Below, piece after piece: positions 29,513 through 39,664 of a DNA stretch of 64,000 nucleotides. A program made the translations under genes and the position numbers. The DNA is from a virus (lineage: Duplodnaviria; Heunggongvirae; Uroviricota; Caudoviricetes). Location of the stretch: the IMG/VR virus record IMGVR_UViG_3300005253_000530; one strand, written 5' to 3'. The notes under the pieces were generated by a model, which did not search any database, was not told the DNA's origin, and saw nothing but the letters and a program-made list of their open reading frames with translations. Each line of letters begins with the position of its first letter. Position 1 is the stretch's first letter.

Positions 29513-32500
29513 TTAGTCTCCTTTAATTAGAATTTTGTCTATGTATGCTGCCAACTCTTCGTATGCGGCTCGCATGTTTTCAGTTGTCAGCACATTACGA
29601 ACTTTTATTTTCTTAGCCTTGATCCTATCTAATACATCCTCTACATCTTCTCTTTTCGACTTCAAGATTCTGAACAGCATGAAGCTGGGAAGATCCAACG
29701 GTGCAGATCGTAAATGGTCCAAGAGATTAAACGGGCCTAACAACGCCCTACTTGCGAAATATATCTTATTTTTCCTCCTTACAATGAAATTGATTATCTT
29801 GCTTCCTCTTCCTTCTTTTGCGGCTTGGTGAAAACTGACCAAATCCCATATCCTTAGACTGGCAGCCTCTAGAAGTATCAAATCGCATAGCAATTGGCTT
29901 GCCTCCCTGTCGAAACCCAGCCCAACCATCTTTTCTGTATCTGCGACACATATAGCATCTGTTGCCTCTTCCTGTAGAGATTTGATACCATGTTTTTGCC
30001 TAAAAACAGTATTACCAAGAAAATCCAGTAGGACTTCTAGATGTACATGACTTTCTGCTTCCGTATAAGGGACACAGCGCTCAACTATCCGCATTAGATT
30101 ATAAGCCAATGCAATTACCGGTCCAGTATGACTTTTTACACCAGTAGCTTTCCTTACAAGCTCCGCATGCTCCTCGTTAGTAGGTTTAGGAAATTTACAT
30201 ATCTGAAAATCGTCCAAAGTCATTTCCCTATGCTTAGGAACTTTCTTTGCATTCATACTCTCAATGATCCTATTACATAGATCGTTTGGTTCTCTCATCT
30301 CTTTGCGTAGTAATTCAATAGACGCAGGGTTATGAAAGGACGCTATAAATAGGCTGTCACCATCAAAATCAAGATTTTCAGAAGTAAGACTGTTTCCACT
30401 AACCCTTATGACATATTTACACTGTGGATCATTTGTGACTCTTACATATTGAGGACGTATGGACATGAATCCAAGACAAGGAAATCTTTCCACTAATACC
30501 ACATCCCCCGTCTTCACCTTTAGTGCTCGTGCCATATCACTATGAATTTCTATTGTATTTTTGGGCAAATTATCCACAACACAATGCTTCAGTTCAGTAG
30601 GATAGTCGTCCTCGTTGTCGGCTAGGGCAGCAGTTGCTCTACTGGAATAAGGATATCTTACTGCCATACCATATGTGCTTAGCTCCCCGTTCTTTCCACC
30701 CATCATCCTGGATACATTCTGAAAGTATCTTGTAACAGCTCTCATCAGTTCATTCTGATCATTTACATCTCCTGTTTCTATAAATTTATGAGAAGCTATT
30801 ACTATATGATTGACATATAGCCCAACGGTATTCAGTCCCCATTTACCAGACGGATGACGCCAGCACCTTCGAGATAGAGCATTGGGTATAAATATTGTAT
30901 TATAAATATACTCTATCTTCTGGCCCGGATCTAATATTTCTTGTGGTAGACCCATTGTATATGATTCTACATCTTCTTTGTCCACGATAGCCTGAAAGTA
31001 ACTTGGTATACGCAGTATAAATCCTTCTGGCATATATTCGTCATCAACTATAGTACCTTTGATATTAGCCAAATCGTGAAATATACCCTGGGTTGTATCC
31101 ACGCATGCCACATCTTTGGCATCAATTACTGGAATGCCAGCATCTATTTCACCCTTAGCAGACCTGAGAATGTCTATTCCGTCCTGCAACATGGATACTC
31201 CCTGCGAATAGGACATTATTTCTTCCAGCAGTGGGTTACCTTGGCCGAATCTGGTAGTCAGAGCCTTCATCTCTACATGACTGAACTTTAGCCCAGATGT
31301 CCTCAGTTCTCTGTTATTGGTTAGCTCTGTCCTATCTTCTTCCCACAACTGATCTTCCGGGTCCTTAGTTACTCCCCAAAACATCTTCCCCACTATTGCC
31401 TGAGATTCTCCAAAATATGTATCGATCATCGAAGTTCCATCTTTTGGGAATCCTTTGGATTCTAACGCTGCTTCAAGTTTAGATTTTTCCACCAAAATAT
31501 CATCTTTGACCACGATAGGAACATTTCCCTCATTTAAGTTATTTGCGAGAGCCTCAAGAATTTGACCAAAGTTCTTACGCTTATTGATAGATGTGCCAGA
31601 CATCATTACATCTATTTGCACTTCTTCACCGGTTCTTGGATCCACTTGATGCCCCAGGTCCATAAAGCGTATAATGCCTTTATTACCATGTAAATTAGAG
31701 AATTTACTACCATCCCTTAGAAATCTCTTCCCCTTCACAGTTACCACTACGAGCTTTATTTGTTCGCCATTCAGATCAGTTACAGTTCTGTTTACCTTTG
31801 TTATCTTTGCCTCATCACAACGCATATCCATCATAACTGGCTGACCATCTTTTGAAAATCCAAGCACATCCCCAGTTCTTACCTCTTTACCAGCCTTTGC
31901 AAGTATGTGATCACCATAGATGGCAAATCTCTTTGTTACTGTGTGTGATAACCCTCTGTGCCGGTTGTCTGCAAGAATTTGATCCTCGAAGTTTAGAACT
32001 GTATCGATAATAGCAGTTACCATGTTCCAGCCTTTTCTATCGATGCCTTTCTCAACCAGCTTTTGTATGGACTCAGACCTGATATTTGGTAACTCGTCGC
32101 CTTTCATCCCAAGAGTAGAATATAGATTTCTCTGGGGATTATGGTATTGTCCAAACGGAGTTATATCTCGTAGATCTGTGGTCATTAGATAGTTTTTATC
32201 AGACAACACACCGTCAGATAATCCTATAGCTGTCCACCCAAATTTACCGTAATATCTTTTGTTCTTGTCGACCTGGTACTCCAGTTTCTCGTTGGGATCA
32301 GATATATACTCGAAAACTGGGTCTATAATAATAAGCCGATGATTCATCGCCCAGCTATTCATATCTGTCTCATGTAGTGGCATAATGTTTATAACACTGT
32401 TTAACAGCCTCTGAGTCTCACTCACCATATACACCACTCGATCCCTGTCAAAGGACTTTACGATCTTGTGTACCATCGGACTACCACTCATTTGCGACGG

Positions 32501-33004
32501 TATAATTACATTTACATCTTCACAAAGTAGGCTTTCAACGATTTGATGAAAATTCATCTTTTTCTGCTCCCGCTCCAACCAGAAATCACACAATACTCTA
32601 ACGACATCGTTGTTCTTCAGAAATTCTATACCGTTCTTGCCTACCGTTGGAAGCGGTATTTGTAGACATTTTTCCACATCCTCTCGACTAAACTTAATCC
32701 ACAGAACATAATCAATTACTTCGGTAGTCATGATTATGCCGGCTTTAGTTATACTATTTATACGGTTAAATTCGGCTGCGATGTTGACCAGTAATAGGTC
32801 TGTACGTCTATCGAGAGTTTCCTGATCACAAATCTCCCTCTTTGCATGAGAGAGGAAAGCTTCATGCCGAGCAATCTCCTCCTTTAGCTGTATAACTCTC
32901 TCAAGCCTTTTTATTTCATTGTTTAACTTCTGAACACGGATATCCTTCTCGAGCTGGGATATCTCTGTATTCAGCGCCTTCATCATTTCTGTGTTATTAC
33001 TCAT
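29513..33004 (-). CDS. single-polypeptide two-barrel (multisubunit-type) DNA-dependent RNA polymerase, beta-like N-half + beta'-like C-half
   Basis: beta DPBB motifs RDGSKFSNLHGNKGII...NFGQILEA (cf. RpoB GRHGNKGV...NIGQILE); beta' motifs RFPCLGFMSIRPQYVRV...ENLDFDGDSLFIASFHNPASIELL (cf. RpoC NADFDGDQMAVHVPL); DFDGD encoded at about 30355..30378. Confidence 0.8.
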   Translation of the reverse strand: MSNNTEMMKALNTEISQLEKDIRVQKLNNEIKRLERVIQLKEEIARHEAFLSHAKREICDQETLDRRTDLLLVNIAAEFNRINSITKAGIIMTTEVIDYVLWIKFSREDVEKCLQIPLPTVGKNGIEFLKNNDVVRVLCDFWLEREQKKMNFHQIVESLLCEDVNVIIPSQMSGSPMVHKIVKSFDRDRVVYMVSETQRLLNSVINIMPLHETDMNSWAMNHRLIIIDPVFEYISDPNEKLEYQVDKNKRYYGKFGWTAIGLSDGVLSDKNYLMTTDLRDITPFGQYHNPQRNLYSTLGMKGDELPNIRSESIQKLVEKGIDRKGWNMVTAIIDTVLNFEDQILADNRHRGLSHTVTKRFAIYGDHILAKAGKEVRTGDVLGFSKDGQPVMMDMRCDEAKITKVNRTVTDLNGEQIKLVVVTVKGKRFLRDGSKFSNLHGNKGIIRFMDLGHQVDPRTGEEVQIDVMMSGTSINKRKNFGQILEALANNLNEGNVPIVVKDDILVEKSKLEAALESKGFPKDGTSMIDTYFGESQAIVGKMFWGVTKDPEDQLWEEDRTELTNNRELRTSGLKFSHVEMKALTTRFGQGNPLLEEIMSYSQGVSMLQDGIDILRSAKGEIDAGIPVIDAKDVACVDTTQGIFHDLANIKGTIVDDEYMPEGFILRIPSYFQAIVDKEDVESYTMGLPQEILDPGQKIEYIYNTIFIPNALSRRCWRHPSGKWGLNTVGLYVNHIVIASHKFIETGDVNDQNELMRAVTRYFQNVSRMMGGKNGELSTYGMAVRYPYSSRATAALADNEDDYPTELKHCVVDNLPKNTIEIHSDMARALKVKTGDVVLVERFPCLGFMSIRPQYVRVTNDPQCKYVIRVSGNSLTSENLDFDGDSLFIASFHNPASIELLRKEMREPNDLCNRIIESMNAKKVPKHREMTLDDFQICKFPKPTNEEHAELVRKATGVKSHTGPVIALAYNLMRIVERCVPYTEAESHVHLEVLLDFLGNTVFRQKHGIKSLQEEATDAICVADTEKMVGLGFDREASQLLCDLILLEAASLRIWDLVSFHQAAKEGRGSKIINFIVRRKNKIYFASRALLGPFNLLDHLRSAPLDLPSFMLFRILKSKREDVEDVLDRIKAKKIKVRNVLTTENMRAAYEELAAYIDKILIKGD

Positions 33005-33013
33005 AGCAGACTC

Positions 33014-34114
33014 CTATTTATGTTTTTCCTGTTTGAGCAACTTCTCTTCAAAAACTCGGGCAAGAGCCGCACTACTGGTGATTCCCTCCTTTCTTATAAA
33101 ACATATTCGGTCACACATGCTTACTAAATTGGAATTACTCATTGGTAAGAATCTTTTAATTTTTGCCAGTTTGGTATATGTATCGCCAGGGGTAAATATA
33201 GCTCTGAGTATTATAGAAAAGACAACATCAAATCTCCATGTGTAATCTAGCTTTACAATATCCCATCTACTATGTTCCCATACATCTCTAAATGAATCTG
33301 AAAAGCCCTTATTTATATTGTTAATTATATTATCATCTGAGCGATTTATGTGCATAAAAGACAATGTTTGAAATTCTCTTATTGTATCTATCAATCTTTT
33401 TTTGCTTCCGCTACTTAAATCTCTTCTGGATGGTAGATGTATAAAAGTACCAATCGGTGACTCTTTTATCTTAAACATTGGCAATAAGCCTACATAAAGT
33501 TTATTAGCTCTATCTTTTATAGTGCTATTAGCATCTGGGCTGGATACATGAGTAGCTAAGTTTGGCAATTCAAATATATGAGCATTTAGACATGGTGTCA
33601 TGGATCTAATCCATGCTTTTAGATCTGTTTGACCTATGTATTTTTTGTGTCCAGAGTGTATACTGGCTAATCCTATATGACCTACAGGTATTTTTACAAA
33701 AGTTTTTGCAGTTGTTTTACCAGATTTATTAGAAATTCTACTCCATAAGCCGTCAGCTCCATCTATATATGGTATATTGACTACATTACTTCCTGATACA
33801 AAATAGCCACACACAGTTAAAGGTATAATGTGTTTATTATATAAATAGAACTTTTTAGTCATTCCTGTAGTAAGTATTTTCTGTCGTAGATGGATATTCA
33901 TACCAAGATCTATAATTAGTTTTTTCCTTTCACATCTGGAGGGCTCTGTTGATTTGTCGGACTTATAGCTAGAGAATATGGCGTCTAACAAAATAAATCG
34001 GTCTGCATAGAATAGATACATATTATTCAAGTACCCAATATCACCCACGGAAGGATGATGCCTTTTGGAAGCAGAGCTTTCTGTTATAACTATCTTCTGA
34101 CCTCTGTAGAACAT
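33014..34114 (-). CDS. hypothetical protein downstream of RNAP
   Basis: 366-aa ORF; weak N-terminal similarity to next ORF. Confidence 0.5.
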   Translation of the reverse strand: MFYRGQKIVITESSASKRHHPSVGDIGYLNNMYLFYADRFILLDAIFSSYKSDKSTEPSRCERKKLIIDLGMNIHLRQKILTTGMTKKFYLYNKHIIPLTVCGYFVSGSNVVNIPYIDGADGLWSRISNKSGKTTAKTFVKIPVGHIGLASIHSGHKKYIGQTDLKAWIRSMTPCLNAHIFELPNLATHVSSPDANSTIKDRANKLYVGLLPMFKIKESPIGTFIHLPSRRDLSSGSKKRLIDTIREFQTLSFMHINRSDDNIINNINKGFSDSFRDVWEHSRWDIVKLDYTWRFDVVFSIILRAIFTPGDTYTKLAKIKRFLPMSNSNLVSMCDRICFIRKEGITSSAALARVFEEKLLKQEKHK

Positions 34115-34134
34115 AGGAATTATCCCTCCTGTAT

Positions 34135-35076
34135 TTATTCAGGGTATCTTTTATACTGATATCCCATTTTTTTCTTAGTAAATACTTTCTTACCTGATTT
34201 TAAGGCTTCTTGCTGTCTTGGACTTACCGGCAAAGAGCCAGATGGATTATCTTTGTACTCTTCTTCTCCCTCCTGTACAGATTTTAGATCGTTCTTCTTT
34301 TTTCTATAGTATGACAACACATCATTAATATGAATTTCTATATCTTTATACACTCGTACTGCATGTGATTTATAGTTTGCATCTCTGTCTTTCACTATAA
34401 CCATAGACATTATTATTTTATCCAGACACTCTTTGCGTATTGCTTGGTTATTAAACAAACTAAGATATGAATCTTCAAAAGACTTGTTTTTATTTTCTAC
34501 ATCATACTCCAGACCTCTTATAACACAGTATCCCATATATTCTGGACTCATAAGTCTTGGATCTTTATGTTCAATAAAGTCAGCTGCTCCTAGTAATAAA
34601 GGCATAGATACTAACTGATGTGATATCTTACCATGCCGTAATCTATTTAGATATAATGATAAGGCGGTAAAATAGCCAAGAAAATCCCAGGTGTCTATAT
34701 CTAACAAATTTTTACACTCTATATCAGTTGGTATTATTATAGATGCGCCAATTTCTTGTGTATCTATGGGCTCAAATCTATGTGCCCTACGTTTGTTAGA
34801 GTTTGGTCGAGGAAGTAATCCCTCAACAACTTGCACAGTGTCAAGAATTCCTCTATCTGATTCCTTTAATTGATCACTAGTAAACATTCGTGTAGAAAAC
34901 CCTAACACGCTTATTCTTCTTTTACCTTTTTTACCATATCTTGTGAATACAGATACCATTTGCCATGCATTATAGTTAAGTATAGAGTCCTGGCATACAA
35001 AATATCCTACAGAGCCAGCTTTGCATTGCCGGTTACTTTTCACAACCTCTATTTTTTGAGTTGGTCTTAATATCAT
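34135..35076 (-). CDS. hypothetical protein downstream of RNAP
   Basis: 313-aa ORF. Confidence 0.5.
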   Translation of the reverse strand: MILRPTQKIEVVKSNRQCKAGSVGYFVCQDSILNYNAWQMVSVFTRYGKKGKRRISVLGFSTRMFTSDQLKESDRGILDTVQVVEGLLPRPNSNKRRAHRFEPIDTQEIGASIIIPTDIECKNLLDIDTWDFLGYFTALSLYLNRLRHGKISHQLVSMPLLLGAADFIEHKDPRLMSPEYMGYCVIRGLEYDVENKNKSFEDSYLSLFNNQAIRKECLDKIIMSMVIVKDRDANYKSHAVRVYKDIEIHINDVLSYYRKKKNDLKSVQEGEEEYKDNPSGSLPVSPRQQEALKSGKKVFTKKKMGYQYKRYPE

Positions 35077-35358
35077 GTGTACACTATTCCTCCTCTTCTT
35101 CTGCCGCCACTTCTGGTGGATCTATCGAATTGTATTGTAAATAACTACCAAGTTCTGCTTGATCGGGTCTCACTTCTGGCTCCTCAGCCTCAATAGGCGC
35201 TCGTCCCATCTCTGTAGTATCAATACTAACTAGATCACCATCTGCATCCACTGAAACTACAGCATTCTGTTGTATTGAGTTTGTTGTAAATGCAGCATTT
35301 TGTAGTGTGTTCATTACAAGCGGATTACTACTATCTACATAGTTAAGACCGGTCTCAC

Positions 35359-36372
35359 CTAGGAAACTGTTGTTGTACTTAGATCATAAGATGTAGCTTC
35401 GACAGTAGGAATATGCAAGGAGCCAGCTCCTGATCTTAACTGGTTTTCTATTTGTTCAAGTGCCCATCTAAAATTATCAATGTTGAATACCAACATTCTA
35501 GAATATAGCTCTCTTCCATTGACGAATGTAAAGTTTACGCCTGTATCACTGTGTTCATCTGGTTTAACAAGTATATAGCTGGGTAAATCATTCATAACTA
35601 ACACAGAATAATAGGCTAAGTCTCCTGGGTTAATACGTTTTTTGAATTTTATACTACCGCCGACTACTTCATCAAGGTGTACTTTTATAAATCTAGTATT
35701 ATGGGAATACCATATGCGCATGTTCTGTAATTTCTGCACAATCGACGCTATCTCAGTTGATATAAGTTCTGTACTTTCTTGTTCCTTTTCTAAGTGCTGT
35801 CTCTTTACTACACTAGAAAGTATTATTAGTTCTATGAATTTATCAGGGACATCCTCACCATACTTTTCAACTATTCTTTGTAATTCTTGGCCGCTTAAAC
35901 CCTGTTGACACCTAGCCCATACATTTATGGATTTAACAGGCCATTTAGATATATCCGGCATTCTGGTGTTAACCTTTACTATGTCCATCTGTGACATAAA
36001 TTTTTCACTTGTCGATATTACTGCTCCATATATGTTTATGCCTAATACTTTTGTAGGAAATTTTTTGGTTAACAATATATCTTTTACATCGTTTATATTA
36101 AAGGTAACCTCTTTTCTACCTAATAAGCTAATCTTATTGTTATTGGTTCTGGAGATAGTATATTGAGTACTATCTACACAAGCTGCAAATAACCATACTC
36201 GCTTATCAGGCTGTCTAATAGATATTATCATAGATACTAATGGCATAAGTCCAGAAAGTTCGTTGTTATTATATGCTTTAATATTAGAATTTATGAAGAA
36301 TACGTCTCCAAGCTTGGCTTCTATTGCATCAGAAGCTGATCCTTGGGTTATACTAACAGTTGGTCGTTTCAT
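35359..36372 (-). CDS. hypothetical protein
   Basis: 337-aa ORF. Confidence 0.5.
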   Translation of the reverse strand: MKRPTVSITQGSASDAIEAKLGDVFFINSNIKAYNNNELSGLMPLVSMIISIRQPDKRVWLFAACVDSTQYTISRTNNNKISLLGRKEVTFNINDVKDILLTKKFPTKVLGINIYGAVISTSEKFMSQMDIVKVNTRMPDISKWPVKSINVWARCQQGLSGQELQRIVEKYGEDVPDKFIELIILSSVVKRQHLEKEQESTELISTEIASIVQKLQNMRIWYSHNTRFIKVHLDEVVGGSIKFKKRINPGDLAYYSVLVMNDLPSYILVKPDEHSDTGVNFTFVNGRELYSRMLVFNIDNFRWALEQIENQLRSGAGSLHIPTVEATSYDLSTTTVS

Positions 36373-36691
36373 GTTGTCTTCCTAATAATATAATCATTAT
36401 CATCCTCACATTTAAGACATTTATGATTACCCATGTATGACATATATCTTACAATGGGTGATATAAATATTTTCTGTGTGGTATCACCATAGTCTGATGT
36501 AGCTATTACAAATCTTTTATTATAGCAATCACTGGTTACTGAATTCATAGGCATACTGCCTGATGTAAATACCTTTCTACCGGCATCTGGGCTATTCATT
36601 ATTGCTCTACATTCCTCATTATTTATAAAACCTATCAATCTACCAGTCAATAATGGCTTGCTATTTTTCCATACTTTTACTCTGAGCATGT

Positions 36692-37171
36692 TTAGTCCTC
36701 ATACACATCTTTTTGTACTATGGTTTCGCCGGTTTTCTCAACCACCAAGGCTAAATCCATTTCTTCACCCATTATTACCGCAAAATCATCTATTGAAATA
36801 CCTTCGTCTGAATCTAGTGCTTTTTCTATGGAATCCGTTACTTCCTGTATATCATTGCATGGTTCCATAATTATAGAATTGCCTACATCATTCATAAGTA
36901 ACCATAACCGATTATCCTGCAGACTGCTGGCTGGGATTTTTACTGGTAATGCAAGAGGATCTAATACCCACCCATATATCAATATTACAGTACTGATATC
37001 ATCATGAGGGCCTATTAGGCATTCATCACTACATAGATATTTATCCAAATCGTTTTTCCACGATGATCCAATTATGATGTCGTTGATTTTAACTATGTAG
37101 ATACACTTATCTACTTTCTCATTAATTTCTTTTATTGTGTCCACTAAGCTATTACTAACTACCATTATCAA
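36692..37171 (-). CDS. hypothetical protein, distant paralog of 37712..38215
   Basis: Shared C-terminal block I(D/E)DFAV(I/L)(M/I)G. Confidence 0.45.
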   Translation of the reverse strand: MIMVVSNSLVDTIKEINEKVDKCIYIVKINDIIIGSSWKNDLDKYLCSDECLIGPHDDISTVILIYGWVLDPLALPVKIPASSLQDNRLWLLMNDVGNSIIMEPCNDIQEVTDSIEKALDSDEGISIDDFAVIMGEEMDLALVVEKTGETIVQKDVYED

Positions 37172-37709
37172 TTTCCTCCATTCTGTTTTCTTTGTAAAGC
37201 ATAAGAAACATATTGAACATTATTATGAATGCGGGAGAATAATTTTGTTCATTTTTTTCTACATCTGTGATAAGATCTTTAAGTGAGCAAGTTATTAATT
37301 CCTCTACTTCATCACATGATATTCTTACATCTTCTTTTTCCGGGTCTAATAGGTAGGTATATAATGCCACAAATTCATTACCAGTTTCTTCTGAAGGAGA
37401 CACTTTAGCTATATTAATAAGATCTGTTTTGTCTATATCTATACCTAACTCTTCTTTTGCCTCTCGTACTACAGCCTCTTGATACTTTTCTACTAAGCGG
37501 ACATGTCCAGAAACAGCTGAACTCCATTTCCCGCCGTTTTCTGTATGAGGAGCTTTTTTCTGTATAATAATTTTGCCGCCAAAAACTTCAATAATTAAAT
37601 GTATAGATCTGTGTAGCTTTCCTCCTCTGTGTAATTGTTCTTTATCTTTAACTGCATACATAAAATTATCATTGCCGTCAACTACGGCAAAAGATTCTTC
37701 ATGTATCAT
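37155..37709 (-). CDS. NUDIX hydrolase
   Basis: Nudix box SGHVRLVEKYQEAVVREAKEELGI (Gx5Ex7REUxEExGU). Confidence 0.75.
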   Translation of the reverse strand: MIHEESFAVVDGNDNFMYAVKDKEQLHRGGKLHRSIHLIIEVFGGKIIIQKKAPHTENGGKWSSAVSGHVRLVEKYQEAVVREAKEELGIDIDKTDLINIAKVSPSEETGNEFVALYTYLLDPEKEDVRISCDEVEELITCSLKDLITDVEKNEQNYSPAFIIMFNMFLMLYKENRMEEIDNGS

Positions 37710-37711
37710 TG

Positions 37712-38215
37712 TTATTCTCCTTTGTTTTCCATTCTTTCTAATCTTTTTTCTTCTATTTTATTTATAATCCTTGTTTTAATAATACCACTTAATCCAATAC
37801 CTATTAAAACGGCAAAATCTTCTATTTCCATATATGTGTGTGTAGCCATTGCAGCTTCTATATAATCTGTAGCTTCATGCATATATCCAAACTTACTTAC
37901 ACCAAACTCGTCATTCAGTACAAACACACTGGCTGATAGCGGCGGAGTAAACGGTAAATCAGCTGGGTCTGCTATTAGTACACGCATCACTGTCATATGT
38001 TCTGGATTTATTGGTTTGTCAAATATACGAAAATAATCAGAGTAAAATACAATATCTGATAGACAATCACATCCCACTATAGTCATATCTGTATTGTCAT
38101 TTGCTATCATTATACATGGTCTTTTGCCATGATGGGCATTTAATTCAGATATACTCATCATGACATTAACTACTGCAGTTTGTACAGTAATAGGAATTTT
38201 TTGTATCGTCGTCAT
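37712..38215 (-). CDS. hypothetical protein
   Basis: 167-aa ORF. Confidence 0.45.
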   Translation of the reverse strand: MTTIQKIPITVQTAVVNVMMSISELNAHHGKRPCIMIANDNTDMTIVGCDCLSDIVFYSDYFRIFDKPINPEHMTVMRVLIADPADLPFTPPLSASVFVLNDEFGVSKFGYMHEATDYIEAAMATHTYMEIEDFAVLIGIGLSGIIKTRIINKIEEKRLERMENKGE

Positions 38216-38217
38216 TA

Positions 38218-39015
38218 TTATTCCCCTGTTTTCTTTTCGACTAAAATCTTGTCTTCCTCGTACTTAATTCTTTTCTGAAAATTACTGGACACATCCGTGA
38301 TTAATGCTGATTGGATTTTCTTGAGTTCTCCCAATAGAACCTGCACATTATCAAACTGACCATCAGCGTGCAGCTTATTGTAGATATTCAGTACAAGAGT
38401 AGACGGCTCGATGTTATCGCGATCAGAAGCATATATAGCTCTTGATGTAGCTTCTACTTGATCGCAGAGCATCAGAATTAATGATTCCAAGGAATCTGGC
38501 CTACCAGTTTTATATCTAAACGCATTAATATTAGCTTTAGGGTCTTTAGACTTTGCTTTCTCAAATATAGATTGTACTGGACAGGTTCCATGGTGCTGGC
38601 TTACGATTCTTATTACATCATCAGGAAAACCATTTGCTACTAGAATAGTGACGGTGTCAGACACATGTCTTGTGATAAGCACGTAACTAACCCATGGTGG
38701 TAAGCCATCATGTATATTGTCTTTGCCTTGATTTTCTGTATATGATTCCGGAAACCACATTTTGCCAATATCATGGTATAGAGCGGACATTTGCAATTTA
38801 TGTGGATCTTTATCTACAGCTGCACAAACATTTTCTACTGAACCCATCAGAGATTGGTCATGTTTATGACTTCCCGGAGCTTTCTCTCGAAACTCTTTCA
38901 ATAAGTGAAATTTAGAATCCATAGGCCCAATTTTCTTGTCTTCTTTATCCTCATACACTTCTTGATCTGCTTCTACCATGGGACTTCCTCCTGCTATATC
39001 TTTGTACAAAGTCAT
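38218..39015 (-). CDS. HD-domain metal-dependent phosphohydrolase
   Basis: HD motif LYHDIGKMW and downstream His/Asp residues. Confidence 0.65.
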   Translation of the reverse strand: MTLYKDIAGGSPMVEADQEVYEDKEDKKIGPMDSKFHLLKEFREKAPGSHKHDQSLMGSVENVCAAVDKDPHKLQMSALYHDIGKMWFPESYTENQGKDNIHDGLPPWVSYVLITRHVSDTVTILVANGFPDDVIRIVSQHHGTCPVQSIFEKAKSKDPKANINAFRYKTGRPDSLESLILMLCDQVEATSRAIYASDRDNIEPSTLVLNIYNKLHADGQFDNVQVLLGELKKIQSALITDVSSNFQKRIKYEEDKILVEKKTGE

Positions 39016-39664
39016 GCATATCCATTTTTATGAAATCTTTTACCATAGTTAAATAATGTAGCCTAGCAGTAGAATTTATTGTCATAAACTCTGGGTGGTA
39101 TTGAACTCCCATCGAGTTGATTTTAGGGAATATTGCTGCCTCCACCTCTTCATCTGGTGGATTCTTTCTAGTACCTTTTGGGCCTATATATGCCGCAGAT
39201 CTTCTCGGCTCTGCCCAAGCTACAATTTCTGCATCTTTTCGTAGCTTCACTAGTTGGTGATGGGTACTTGTCACATCCATAAAAGAATCCATGTGGCTTA
39301 CATACACACCATGTTGTCTAGCTATACTATGATTGGTTATATGTTGATACATAGATCCACCAGCCATAACATTCAGGAATTGAAAACCACGGCATACACC
39401 AGTCATTTTTATATCATACTTTCTACAATAATCAAATATTTTTTTTTCGTACATATCACGTTTGAAATTCGTCATACATATTTTTCTTGGATCTTTCCCA
39501 TTGTAAAAATAGGGATGTATGTCCTCACCACCAGTAAATAATGCAAGCGATATTTTTTCTGGCGTCTTAATGAGTTTATCTACGCTCTTTGTAACGGATC
39601 CAACTTTATTGAGTAAATGTTTGTAAAGAGGATCTCCTCCAACTATTAGAATTTTATCCTTCAC
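38951..39664 (-). CDS. class-I glutamine amidotransferase-like / peptidase C26 (gamma-glutamyl hydrolase, PuuD-like)
   Basis: Catalytic Cys motif MTGVCRGFQFLNV and C-terminal His region GVQYHPE. Confidence 0.65.
   Translation of the reverse strand: MKDKILIVGGDPLYKHLLNKVGSVTKSVDKLIKTPEKISLALFTGGEDIHPYFYNGKDPRKICMTNFKRDMYEKKIFDYCRKYDIKMTGVCRGFQFLNVMAGGSMYQHITNHSIARQHGVYVSHMDSFMDVTSTHHQLVKLRKDAEIVAWAEPRRSAAYIGPKGTRKNPPDEEVEAAIFPKINSMGVQYHPEFMTINSTARLHYLTMVKDFIKMDMHDFVQRYSRRKSHGRSRSRSV

Noticed and set aside
29535-29831. Plus-strand 98-aa ORF and other plus-strand ORFs (1230..1568, 4820..5224, 17551..17997, 25687..26031, 54383..54766)
   Set aside because: All lie antisense inside strongly supported minus-strand genes, lack RBSs and have low-complexity translations.
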